Positions 26,045-38,075 of a stretch of 64,000 nt of DNA are shown piece after piece (position 1 is the first letter of the stretch; each line of letters starts with the position of its first letter). The position numbers and the translations under genes were made by a program. The DNA lies in NCBI RefSeq assembly GCF_009834535.1, contig NC_045696.1, positions 101,496,001 to 101,560,000 on the forward strand. Reading direction: 5' to 3'. The notes below the pieces were generated by a model. The model had not been told where the DNA came from and ran no database searches. It worked only from the letters and a program-made list of their open reading frames with translations. Origin of the DNA: Camelus ferus (Eukaryota).

Positions 26045-26319
26045 GGTATTGAAGTATAGTCAGCTTACAGTAATGGCACATATTTTAAATTTGCTTACTT
26101 CTGTAGGTTGCATCATTTCATACCATAACAGAAAATGGAATTAATTCTCATTGGAATCTACCAGTAATTCAGTAATATTTGCTAAAGATCACTGCCTTCC
26201 ACCTAGCTTCTTAAGCCATAAATTTAGTAGAATTTCCTTTCTTTATTTTAGTGGTGATACCCAACACACACAGACACACACACACACTCACAATCAAGCA
26301 CCAAGACCTATTGTCTCTA

Positions 26320-27030
26320 TAGCTTAATTATCTGTCAGAACTGTCCACATATCTACATGGCCACTGCCATGGCCCTAATCCAAGTTGCCATCTTGCCTTA
26401 TCAGGACAACTGTATGGCCTATAAGCCAGTATTGTCACTTCCACTCCTGTTCTTCTCCATTCTATTATCTAGAGACATTTGTGTTGTAAAAACACAAATA
26501 TAATCACAGATGTCCACTGTTTAAAACCCAATAGTTGCTTCCTCTAGGCCTCCGATGAAATCAAATCTCTTGGACACGTTGGACGCTATACAGTCCTTCA
26601 TACCTGGCTCCCATCTGCTCTGAAAGCTTCATCTTTTACCACTCTCTGATTGGCACTCTGTCCCAGTCATCCTGGACTCTTTCCCGTTTGCGGCTCATCC
26701 CTGATAATTTCCCTCACTCTCTGGCCGTAGATACACCCAAGACAAGTCTGACTCTTCTACTTGGTCATTCTTCAGTTATGAGTTTAAATTTCCCTTTCTC
26801 CAGTAAGCCCTGGCCCCCAAGTCAGAATAGGTCTACATTGCTATTCATTCTACTATCTTTTTGCTTCTCATGACACCTGTCGCACTCTTAATTGCTTACT
26901 TTTCGTCTGTCTTTCTCATTAACCCACATACTTATTGAAGGCTGGGACCGTGTCAGTTTTGTTTGCAGCAAAAACTGCAAAAATAAATAGCAGAATCTAT
27001 TGTATAGAAGAAACAAAAAATATTGGCTGC
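26320..27030 (+). mobile_element. L2 LINE 3' fragment
   Basis: ccactgccatggccctaatccaagttgccatc...tgtttaaaacccaatagttgcttcc...ttgaaggctgggaccgtgtc. Confidence 0.7.
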
Positions 27031-28859
27031 ATTTACTGTCAAACCAAATGGCAGTAAACATTTACATTATCACTGAGTAATTCTATTAATCATTTCAGTT
27101 ATTTGTCTGTACAGCCCATTTATATCATATAATCTGACATACATTACAAAACACAAACTAAATGGCTTATATATATGCACTTCAAAGCAGATCATAACAT
27201 TTATATACATTAAAATGGAGATATATATTTTTAAGATTGTGATTTCATAGGCAATTTGGCTTCATAATCATTTAAATGATAGAAATGTACAAAACTGTTT
27301 CCACAAGTATATCCTCTTTGTTACTAATTTCTCTGCAAAATAAAAACTTGATAAAATTTCCTTTGTATTTTTTCCCAACTTCTTTATAATTGAAATACTC
27401 TCTTTACACAAAATTAATATGATTTTTCCACCATAGCAGTAATTTCTTAAGAGGAGGAACAAACTGTGAGACTTGGTACTTGGATATTTCCACTTAAGCT
27501 AGTAAGACAGAAAAGGCAGGGGAACATGACAAATGAAATTTATGCTTCATTGTCAAATAAGAGCCGAATGGTATGTTATGAGCAGCACGAATGTTTGAAG
27601 CTCAGAGATAACAGAGATTTTCAAGGAAATACATACCCCAGATATTCAAAGGTCATTTCAATTCAATCCTAAAATAATGGAGCCTAAATTATTAAATAGA
27701 TTCTGTCTCAGACACCCAGAATTAGACCAGGAGCCAATTAAGTACTTATTGCTACTGGGTATCATGAACTAATTCTCCCAAACTCCAGGGACAGGTTTCA
27801 TTCTAACCCAGTCCTAAAAATAAGAAGCCAGAGAACAGTCTTAGACTATTTTATTTCATCTCAGGTTATTAATTGACTTGATTCCTGCCCTTATGTGGGA
27901 GAGAGGTCAGTGGGTACAAGCTATCACAGAGTAAAAAGGCACTTGAAAATTAAAATTATGGTTTTACATGGCAATCAATGAGCGGTGTTTCTTTAGAACA
28001 TTTACTTCAAAAATTAAGGCTCAATAAATATTCATGGTTCTTGTTGAAAAAAAAAAAAAGACACCATTTCACTTCAGTTAAAGACCACTACCACCAAGGG
28101 CCAGGAGCACAAGTCTAACAAAGCCCAAACTTCCCGGCTATCTTGGTCTTCCAATCACAAAAATGTTTCAGGTTTTGACTAGAGTGAAATTTTCAGATTT
28201 AACTTAAGTATAAACCTAACATCCAGGATCATGGCAGAAGCCAACGTCAGAGACTAGAGGACCCATGGAATCTTTACCCCACAGTTTTGAACTCATGTTA
28301 GGGGAGGGATCAGAGTCTTACCTTTGCTCATTGGGAATAAGATAGGCAAATGGAAAAGTGAATATTCCTGCATATAGAAACAAACATCCTTCTCTATGTA
28401 TGTAGATGTCGCTATTTCCTGTTATCAGCTTGAAGCTGCAGCTGCCAAGGTCTCTCATATTTCCTCGTTGTGACTCAAGGACTGGTGTCTTAGGTTCACT
28501 CGGCTGTAAGTTTAGCTCTGCCTGCTGAGGATGCGGGCCTCACTCATCCCTTCATCTCACTGTTCAGTGCCTCCATTCCCCTTTCTTCCATCTAGGAGGA
28601 ATCATATCCTCTCTTCTCAAGAACTTAAATTTTCTCTACTTCAGTTAGTTCAGCTGGCAACTTCACATGAATGCTGAACACTGGCTTCTTAACCACATCA
28701 GTGGTTTTAGAAACATATAAAACTGGCACCTTTGTCTAAACTGGGGAGTCTGCTGTCCTTGCTGGACCAGAGATTCAAGAAAAACTATCCTCTCTGTACT
28801 AGAGAAACTGTCCCAACCAAGGCTGCCAACAAGCCCCTAAAATCAAAATAAGAAGATTC

Positions 28860-30312
28860 TTCTGGGTCTCATCTTTCCATAATTTGGCAGTGATGACCCA
28901 TTCCTTCCTCCTGGGATTTTCCCTCCCCTTGGTCTCTAGGATCACACACTCTCCTAGTTTTCCTCTAATCTCACCAAGTAGTATACCATTTATTCTCGGT
29001 CACATGTGAAGGTGTTTCCTTTAGTGCAGAGCCCACAGAAGACCCTGAAGCATTACACTGTATCTTCTCTTTCTATCCAACACACTGCCTTACTCTTACA
29101 CCATCAATCTCTAAAATAGCTAAAGACTTACTCATCTCCATGTTCAGCCCAAGACTCATTCTAGACCACCATGTTTATACACCCATTTGTCTATTCAATA
29201 TTTCTGCTCAACTGTGATGCAGGAAATTCAACCTCAGTATATTTAAAACAGAAGTGCTCCCTGTTTTGCACACTCTAACTTATGAAGAACACCACTTTTT
29301 CACCATCAAGTCATTAAAGGCAGAAGTATGGTAGCTATCGGGGTCTTCTCTTTGTTCTGAATCAAATCCTGTTAAATCTTCCTCTTTCAATGTCCTTTGT
29401 AACTTCTCCACCTTTCTCTTTCCTTTCTGGTATCTCATACTGGCACATCTTCATGGTCTCATGATGGTCAGCCTGTACTCATAAATGGTCTTTCTGCTGA
29501 TTTTACCTCCCTCTAATCAAAATTTCATTAAAATCATCTTTTAAAGCAGAGATTTGAACATATCATCACCAGCTGAGTGCCACTTGGGAGCTTCTCTTAG
29601 CCCACTGGTTCCCAAATTTTAGCATGCTTCAATCACCTAGAAGGCTGGTTGAAACATATAGACTGTTGAACCCCACCCCCCAGAAGTCCTGAATCAGTAG
29701 GTTTGGGTTGGGCCTCGGAATGAGCGTCTTTAATAAGTTACAAGGTGGCATTGTTGACACGACTGAAACTATACTTTGCAAATCACTGTGTAGCTTATAG
29801 TATACACTTCAATCCCTATAGCATCGTGTACAGGGCTTTGTCAACCCGTCTCCCCAGCCATATCTCCTTACCACCACTATCTAGATCTGAGAAATGGGCT
29901 CCAGATGCACGACAGTGCCTCACTGCTTCTTGCCTCTTTGCCTTTGCTTGGCTATTTCTCTTCCTGTTTCCTTTCCCTTTGCCTCCGTAATTAACATCTA
30001 TTCATCTTTCAAGAACCAGCTCAAGTGTCACCATCTCACTGAGGCACTCCCCTCAACTGTCTCCTCTCCCTCACTACACACACACACACACACACACGTT
30101 GGTAGAACTGGTTCATCCCTTACTTGGGCTTCATTTATGAACTGAGTCTACTCTCACCACAGAACATGCATCTTTTTATTGCACTCAACTGCTTGTCTTC
30201 CCCTTTAAATTCCAAGATCTTATGAGCAGAAACTCTTACTAGTATGCATACCTCCAGTAGGTAGTCAAACATCTGTAAAATTACAGAAATGCAATATTTG
30301 ATTATTGAATGA
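28860..30312 (+). mobile_element. L2 LINE fragment, interrupted by MER5A and a (CA)n tract
   Basis: cccttggtctctaggatcacacactctcctagttttcctc...tattcatctttcaagaaccagctcaagtgtcacc...aatatttgattattgaatgaa. Confidence 0.7.
29603..29788. mobile_element. MER5A hAT-Charlie MITE
   Basis: About 186 bp with termini cactggttcccaaa and tttgcaaatcactg. Internal aatcacctagaag...ccccacccccagaagtcctgaatcagtaggtttggg. Confidence 0.85.
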
Positions 30313-30974
30313 AAACAGATGAATATGAGTTAAACAACTTTAAAAGCCCACACTGTCCCACATATGTTACTCTGTACTTTTGTGCAAGGAAAACTCATAA
30401 ATTGGGGGAAAAAAAAGTCCAAGGATATTTTACCTTTGTAGTATATGAAAAATATGGAAACAAGAATCAGAGCAGATTAAACCTTCTTCTTTCTTCTACT
30501 TAATGAATATAGACACTGAGAATAATTTTGCTAATGGAATATTAGGCCATACAACTGATTACACAGCAATTCCAGAAGAATAAAGAGATTCCAGTAATTC
30601 TACTGTATTCTCGGCTACATTGGCGAAGGCCAGCATTAATTTACGATGCATGCACCATGCTTAAATAAAAAGGATCTAGGCCACCTTTAAAAGAAGAGAA
30701 ATAATTCACTTTAAACAGGGCCTGGAGTGGGTGGAAAAATTGCTTCTAACTATAAATTATGGAATGGTCAACCAAAATGAAATTTTTATATTCTTACTGG
30801 GTCAGAGATATAAATCCCTGCATGTTTCATAACACATTATGTTTTGGATAGTTCATTTATTTATAGTTTTAAAATATAACACACAATAGAATAGCCAATA
30901 ACTATAGTGTAAAATATTGTGCTAAATACAGTGGAGGAGTCAAAGAAGAGGCAACACCACCCCCACCCTACGTG

Positions 30975-31110
30975 GCAACAGGGGCACCTTGGTGTTTTCG
31001 GTAGGACAAGTCTTCACTGCGTGGGGTGGTCCAGTGAGTTCCAGGATGTTTAGCATTCCTGTCATTCACCTGTTAAAGCACTGGTAGCATCCCTTAGTTA
31101 ACGTAACTAA
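30975..31110. mobile_element. MER20-like hAT MITE fragment
   Basis: ggcaccttggtgttttcggtaggacaagtctt...gtggggtggtccagtgagttccaggatgtttagcattcctg. Confidence 0.55.
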
Positions 31111-31739
31111 ACTCGCCTTCACCTTTCCTTCCGTCCTAGGCGTGACAGAGCCACAGCTGAGGTTTACTGTACTAGAGGTGCCCTGACAAGGAGTTTCTTT
31201 GTGAAAAAGTGTGATACTTTCACTCTCTGGCTGTCCCACCCCATTTTTGAAGGGAATAAGAGAAACATGAAGAGGAAACACTTTAAATTTTCAATTTTTA
31301 TTTTGTTATGGTTGACACATATGCTACTCATGTAACTCACTAATTAACATGTTGACATTGAACGGTAATGGTAGAATCTAGTAATTAGTTATGAGGGGAA
31401 TAAATATTTCTTATGCTGATGTCTGTTATTATAAACTGGGCAATAATTATTATCTGGCCTGGGCTTTATTGTTGGACCACAGGAACATAATGGAATATGT
31501 TGTTTTCTATCAATGCATAAGGTATTCCTATATCATGGTTTATAGAGAGCTAGCTTAAATTTATGTATTGTAGTCAAAGTTAAAAAGGTGAATAGATTTA
31601 GATTATGATTCCTGGCTTTGATCCTTAATTGTCCAGTGCATTTTATTTTTGTCAGCTTACTCACATGTGATTAGAACTTGGCTTGTTTAATTCCCCCAAA
31701 TGTAAAACATGTTGGTAAATCAGAATGTCAATTTGTTAT

Positions 31740-32030
31740 TTACAGTGGGGCTTAGACTTTGTTTGGGACCAGAATGTTTGTGTCCTCTCATCAGGATACA
31801 CCCAGGTCATAATTCAAAGGCTGTGCGTCCACCTCTACCACTTCCATCCTTGTCCTTGTCTTAGCAACTTTAATTGCATCTTGCCCTGGTGCATCCTGCT
31901 GGCCCATCTCCAACCTGTGCTCAACTAGTTATCCTTGTGATGAGCATCTTTAGAAAAATTAAATGGTGATTTTAACTCCCCTGCTTAAATCCCTCCAATG
32001 GCATCCCATTGCTCTTAAGATAAGAAACCA
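31740..32030 (+). mobile_element. L2 fragment
   Basis: actcccctgcttaaatccctccaatggcatcccattgctcttaagataa. Confidence 0.75.
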
Positions 32031-33820
32031 TAAAAGTATTTTTCAGAAAAATAAAAGCTCAGAGACTTAGAAGCAATCAGGTGAGGACTGTAAAAACTTC
32101 TAAAAAAAGTTATTCAAACTGAAGAGAAGTGACAATAAATGGAAACTGGAAGTGATACAAAGAGATAAAGAAAATGGTATGTGGGTAAATATAAAAAGCT
32201 GCCTATTTTTCTCTATTTTTTTAAAAAGATAATTCTTACAGCAAAAATAAAATTTCATTGTAGGTTTTATAATATTTGTAAGAAGCAAATTATAGGATAA
32301 AAGGAGTAGAAGGAATTATATTTTTAAGATTCTTTTATTCTACACAATGTGGTATATGTTAACTCCAATTAAACTGTATTCTATGTTCTAGAGCAACCAA
32401 ATAAAAAAATAAGTACACAAACATATAACTAAAAGACTGATATAGAATTTAAAATAAACTAATAAGTCTTTTCAATACTCAAAAATAAAATATTTGAGGA
32501 GTGAAAAAGGAAACGGAAAATAGGAAAATAAAAATCAAACAAATGGAATGAGAAACCAATAGCAAGACTATAGGCTTAAATGTAATAATATCAATGGTTG
32601 CATTAAATATCAACAGACTAGCTAATTAAAAGACAAAAACTGTCAGACAGAATAAAAAAGTAAGAGTTAAGTGTATCACATATAAAGACACAGATTGAAA
32701 GTAAAAGGACAAAAATTACAAACTACTCAAACAGTACATGTAAGAAATAGTATGGCTATAGAAATATCAAGCAACATAGATTTCATAGAAAGAAGCATTA
32801 CCAAAAAGAATGGTAAATGGGACAATTTATCAGAAATACTTAGCAACCCTAAGTGTGGTTTCTTTAATAAAAGGACTTCAAAATACAGTGTTCTATATCA
32901 TACCCCAAAATGATGTCCAGATGACCATCAACATGATGAACAATTTGAAAGCTAAGACTGTAAGGCTTCCCAGAGGAAAAACAGAACATTTTCATAATCC
33001 TGAGGTAGGCAAATACTTCTTAGTGAGGATTGAAAACACTCAAGATAAATTAAGAATATATATAATCTGGACTTGGTCAAATTAAAAGCTTTTGCTTATT
33101 AAATGACAGTCTTACAAAGATGAAAAACAAAGCACAGACTGGGAGAAAATATTTTCAGCACAAGTGTCCAGGAAAGTACTTGCATCCAGAATCCAATGAA
33201 GAAGACTCAAAATTGAACAATACATATAACACAGAATTGAAAAATGGGATAAAACTTCAACAGACATTTCACAAAAATAAGATGAATAAATGTTCAATAA
33301 GCCCACAGAAAGATGTTAAACATCTTAAATCATTATAAAAATAGAAAGTAAATTCACAATGATAAAGCACTTCATATACCATGAACACCAAAATACTGAA
33401 AAATGTGAAGCAGGTGGAACTCTACTTCATTAAGGGGGACTGTAATATGATTCAATTAATTTGGAAATTTGTCATATATTTTAATGTTAAATATATATGT
33501 AATATATAATCCAACAATTCCAAGTATTTGTACCAAAAGACTCATAGAAGAATGTTCACAGTAGCCTTATTCATAATAGTCAAAAACTGAAAACAATAAA
33601 AAAAAATCAATAAGAGACTAGAAAAACAAATTACGGTGTATAGATTCAACAGAAAGTTACTCAGTAATATGAAAGAATTAACTAGTGATACTTGAATCTC
33701 ACAAACAGGTATTACATAAAAGAAGTCAGACTCATCTGACTCAAAGTCAAAATGCATTGAATTATACACTGAAGATCTGTACGTCATAAAAAATTTACCT
33801 CAGTAAAAATAAATATAATC
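32030..33820 (+). mobile_element. Old rearranged L1 (L1MC/L1ME-like) with ORF1/ORF2 remnants and 3' UTR
   Basis: A-rich. Motifs aattaaaagacaaaaactgtcagacagaataaaaaag, cacagactgggagaaaatatttt, caacagacatttcacaaaa and gaatgttcacagtagccttattcataatag. Confidence 0.8.
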
Positions 33821-36800
33821 CTTTTGAAAATCCAAAAAGTGGGAGGGAGGCGTTATCCCGTGAAATGTAGCAGAATTGAGAGACAATGTTTAAAATCCAT
33901 TTGAAAATAGATATAAACTTTTAGCCTTCCCCCCCAAAGAAAGAGTGAATCAAGGAATATAGGCATGTTTCACTGTGCTTAATAAATATACTGACATTTC
34001 AGGTGACCCTGCAAGCAGAGTAACCTGTTAGAATGCTTACATTCTTGTGACTGATATCCCATGATTTATAAATTCATATAGAAGTTGACAAATGATGTGG
34101 AATACTCTTGAATTAATTTACTAGGGTTTGGAATAAGAAATTAATATAACTAAAAACTGAAATGTCAAAGTCTATCAATGTTTCATGAATGCTTCTCCTC
34201 TAATAAATATAATTCTAAGGTTTAAATCTCCTATTGGTATTAGTGTTGTGGATTCATAGGAATCTGGGCAATGACAGTGTCATGGACTAATCTATAAAAT
34301 ATAATTCCTGTTTAAAATGGTATCATGCAGCCGAATTTGCAAAAGGTTCCTCTGAGGTGTTGTACAATATTCTGCTGAGGAAGTGTGGGTCATGAAGAAT
34401 GGGCTAAACCGTGTTATTTATTTCAGTGCAGAAGAACTTGAGATTTTCTATTTCTTAATATGGTCATTTGAAAATCTAGGAGAATGTATAAAATAAGTCC
34501 TGCCTCTTGATCTGTAAGAGAAAACTTTAAGGTGTTGATTTCTCTCATACACGTAAAAGATTGAGAATTAGCCACACCTGAAGTAGTTAACCATGCAAAA
34601 GGAACTATTTCAACATATAAAGGGTTAACATCCTGTGTAGGAAGCCAAAAATCAAGTACTAATGGTCAGAAGCAAAGCTAAATGAACTTTCAGTGGGGGC
34701 ATGGGGGTGAGCACGGAGCACTTGCAGTAGTTCCGATTCAATGCGATGAAAGTCTTTGTTTTATCTTTTTCTTCTAATGTTTTTTTTTCTTAATTTCTAA
34801 GTTTTACTCTTTGCCTGAAACAGTACTAGAGAACACAACAACTTCTCAACAAATGTGTGGTAAATGAACTAATACATGAAATAAATAGGGCAAGAGACAG
34901 GGAAGAGAAAACGAAGGGTCCCATGGTGCCACTGCACAGGAATCGCAGTGCCGTAGAAAGAAACCACTGACTTGAGACGTGGAGATGCTGGAGAGGGTGA
35001 CAAGTCCTCGAAGAACGTCTTTTTACAGAATCAAGAAGTAAATCCTGAAATTAGAGACCTAACCCCTGCCCTTGGAGATCATACATCAATAGAATATCCT
35101 TTCCTAGTGCTGTCAGGCTGAGAATATTTCGGAGAACGTCTGCCTATGTCATCAGATGTTCCAGCATCAGAGTCAGGAAGTCAACTTAGCTGGCAGGTCT
35201 TTCTCAGAGCTCAATTTAAACACAGCTCCTAATGAGAGGTGCATTAATACTAAGATAATGAAATGAAGATGAATCCTCAGCCACTAAAGAGTGGGAAGAG
35301 GTGGACTGGCTTGAGTTCTAATTTAAGGATATGTTTATTGTTAAAGCATCATCCAGACTGATCATTCATCTGTGAGGATACTGCTCAGACTGGAGGAGAG
35401 GTGTGAGGGCAACACTGTCCCATAAATAAAAATACCATTTCCTGAAAATTCTGCTGGAGGAAATTCCTACTTATTAAAATATCTAAACTAAATTTTTTCA
35501 GAAGAGCCAACTGAATCCCCCTCACTAACTTCCATCTCATCATATTACTGTTCTAGTTCCTAAAAGAAATCTTCAATTGTGAATTGTCAAAGAACTCTGG
35601 AGTTTATATGATATTTCATGATTATTTTTCTCCACAAGGAAACAAAAAGGACTAGTAGAATGCAAAAAATCCGTATGTTTCAATCCACTGAACAAGGTAA
35701 CCAGTTTAACTTATGAACAATGGTGTTCAAAACAGGTCTTCCTTTGCAGTCTTTCAGGGACCTGTATTACTGACCCACAAACAGATTCATCAGAAACCAT
35801 AGCAGTGCACACTTCACATCCCTTCTTGAGTCTGCTCAATACACAATTAATCTCATTTTTATTGCATGGTTTTATACAGTGGTAGAACTTTTGGGGCACT
35901 ACATAAAAAAATTCTTCCCAGAATCTCCCAGAGACAAGGTTTTTATTTTCCAACTCAGAAATTCATATTTGGGCAAATTTCAGTTTGGATATTTGTAGCC
36001 TGTCAAAGGTAATGATTTCATCCTTTAAGCTCCAGGCTCACTTTCTCTTTTAAGTCATGAGGATATTAATTTTCTTTTGGAAACGAGCAAGCAAATTGAG
36101 GAAAGCTCTTATGGCGCCTCCAAAGTGGTAACTTCTCCCCAGAGGAGATACTGGCTTCTGTCTTTGAGCAAATAACTTACATATCCTGGCTTTGATTTTT
36201 TCTCATTTGAAAAGATATATCATGGAATCAAATGGCATTTCTCAAGGTAGATCTGTGGTCACTAGACCTGTTTGATGTAGAAAAACCAACTGCACTGTCA
36301 GATTTTTAACAAAGATGTTGCTACTTATAAGACTCGTATTACAGAGGATAAATGGGGAGCATTTTTCATCCAAAAGTTGGAGACTCCACACTCCAGTTCA
36401 TTACCACATTAGAACCAAGATTTCTGGTGCACATGAATACAACCTCCAACCCCTACCTCGTGGTCAGTAGGGAGGAGGGCACTCAGCTCTTAGCAGCAGA
36501 GGTGAGGTGGACTTTGCAATCATAAATCAGCAAACTACACAAGGCTACTCAGAAAGGGTCATGCTAAGATACAGATGAAAGAGGCCATAGTATTTACCTG
36601 GTAAGATATTAATCAGTAAGTTTTGTTATCAGTAAAAGGGTAACAGAGTGTCTCTAGGAAACAATCTCTTTATTAGTTCAGATTTTAATGTTTTGAATAT
36701 GTGACATGAAGTTCTGTTGGTTTTGGAAACCACTTATCTCTTTGGGGATTCTTTCAGTATAAGCGTCCAAGTTCAATGAGTTCTGGTCAAACAAGGCTTG

Positions 36801-36855
36801 CTACCCTTGGAGAGTGTACATTAATAAACAGAAGGCTCTCTGTAAGCTGTGTTTA

Positions 36856-36950
36856 ACTGTGCTTCCCAAACATGTTTAACCACAAAACCCATAACATATA
36901 CTTCCAGCCAATGGAAATAACCACCTTAGAACAGTCTTCAGGAAACACTG
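36856..36950. mobile_element. Short hAT MITE-like element
   Basis: Imperfect inverted termini ctgtgcttcccaaac and ttcaggaaacactg. Confidence 0.4.
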
Positions 36951-37419
36951 ACCTCAAATGATTTCCTAAATCTAATATATATTCTGAAAAGAGGCTAAAC
37001 CTGAGTAGACTTTGATTTGTAGCCTTCAAAACTAGTGAAAAAAGTAACTGAACATATTTCAATGGTTCTTTGTTGTTTTCATATTTCTTCTCTCAAACCT
37101 GTTTTAATTGATCTTCACAATTCCATGAAATGGCTTTCATTTTTAAATTGACACGGGGAAACCACAATACACCAAAGACTTCTGCAAATGATTTCAGTGG
37201 AAAATCACCTGACCTCACAATAATAGTCATACTGCTCAGTTTGCAAGATCTTCTCTGGATAGAGCCATGCCACATTTCCATGTCTCCAAGACGTTAATTT
37301 CTTGAAACCGCCCTCACAGATTCCCCATGCTTCCCACATAGGCCTATGCAGTAAAGACCCTTATGCTCCAAATGACTCCTACTTCCCTCAGTCTCTCAAG
37401 ATTTGGTGAAGTATTATAT

Positions 37420-37600
37420 TACGGAAATAACACTGGTTAGAATTAGACACTCCTGGGTTCTAATCCTTACGCTCTAAGTCATCAACTTCAAGACCTTGCA
37501 AGTTACATTTGGTAATTTCATTTACTCCCCTTGAAAAGAGAATGATGACATCTGTGCTTTCTAGGGACAACAGTGTCTTGATATAGAATAAAGACCTTCA
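37420..37600 (+). mobile_element. MIR fragment
   Basis: ttagacactcctgggttctaatcc...gaccttgcaagttac. Confidence 0.55.
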
Positions 37601-38008
37601 GAAGAACTGATTTTCCCTTGCCCTCTTCGCCACTCTCGTTTTCTGACACCATTGTCAGAACTGCAAAGAGCTAAGAGTGAAGATTATACTGATATTTATT
37701 GTTGAGAAAACAATGGTGAATAGAGTAAGGAGAACAGCCATCTCAGCACCACCATTACCCACAGCCCTTTCTGCAGAATGTCATCTTCACTACAGGACAG
37801 AAGCTCTATTTTCTAAGACTCTGAAGGCATTTTGTGACTACAATGGGGTAGAGGGCTTTGCAATGGACCCCCGTTTCTCAGACACAGAGGACTTAATGAT
37901 TATACTCAGAAGGGAGTTAATAAATGAAGAAAAAGGCCAAAAGTTCACACCACTTCTTCAGTAAAACCCAGTAGCATTGCATGGCGGTATTCTGAAAAAT
38001 AAAGGGTG

Positions 38009-38075
38009 ACCTTCCTTCCTTCCTTCCTTCCTTCCTTCCTTCTTTCCTTCCTTCCTTCCTTCATTCCTTCCTTCC
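38009..38075. repeat. (CCTT)n tetranucleotide repeat at an L2 tail
   Basis: ccttccttcctt array followed by cattcataaaatgtttattga, a reverse L2 3' end. Confidence 0.9.
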
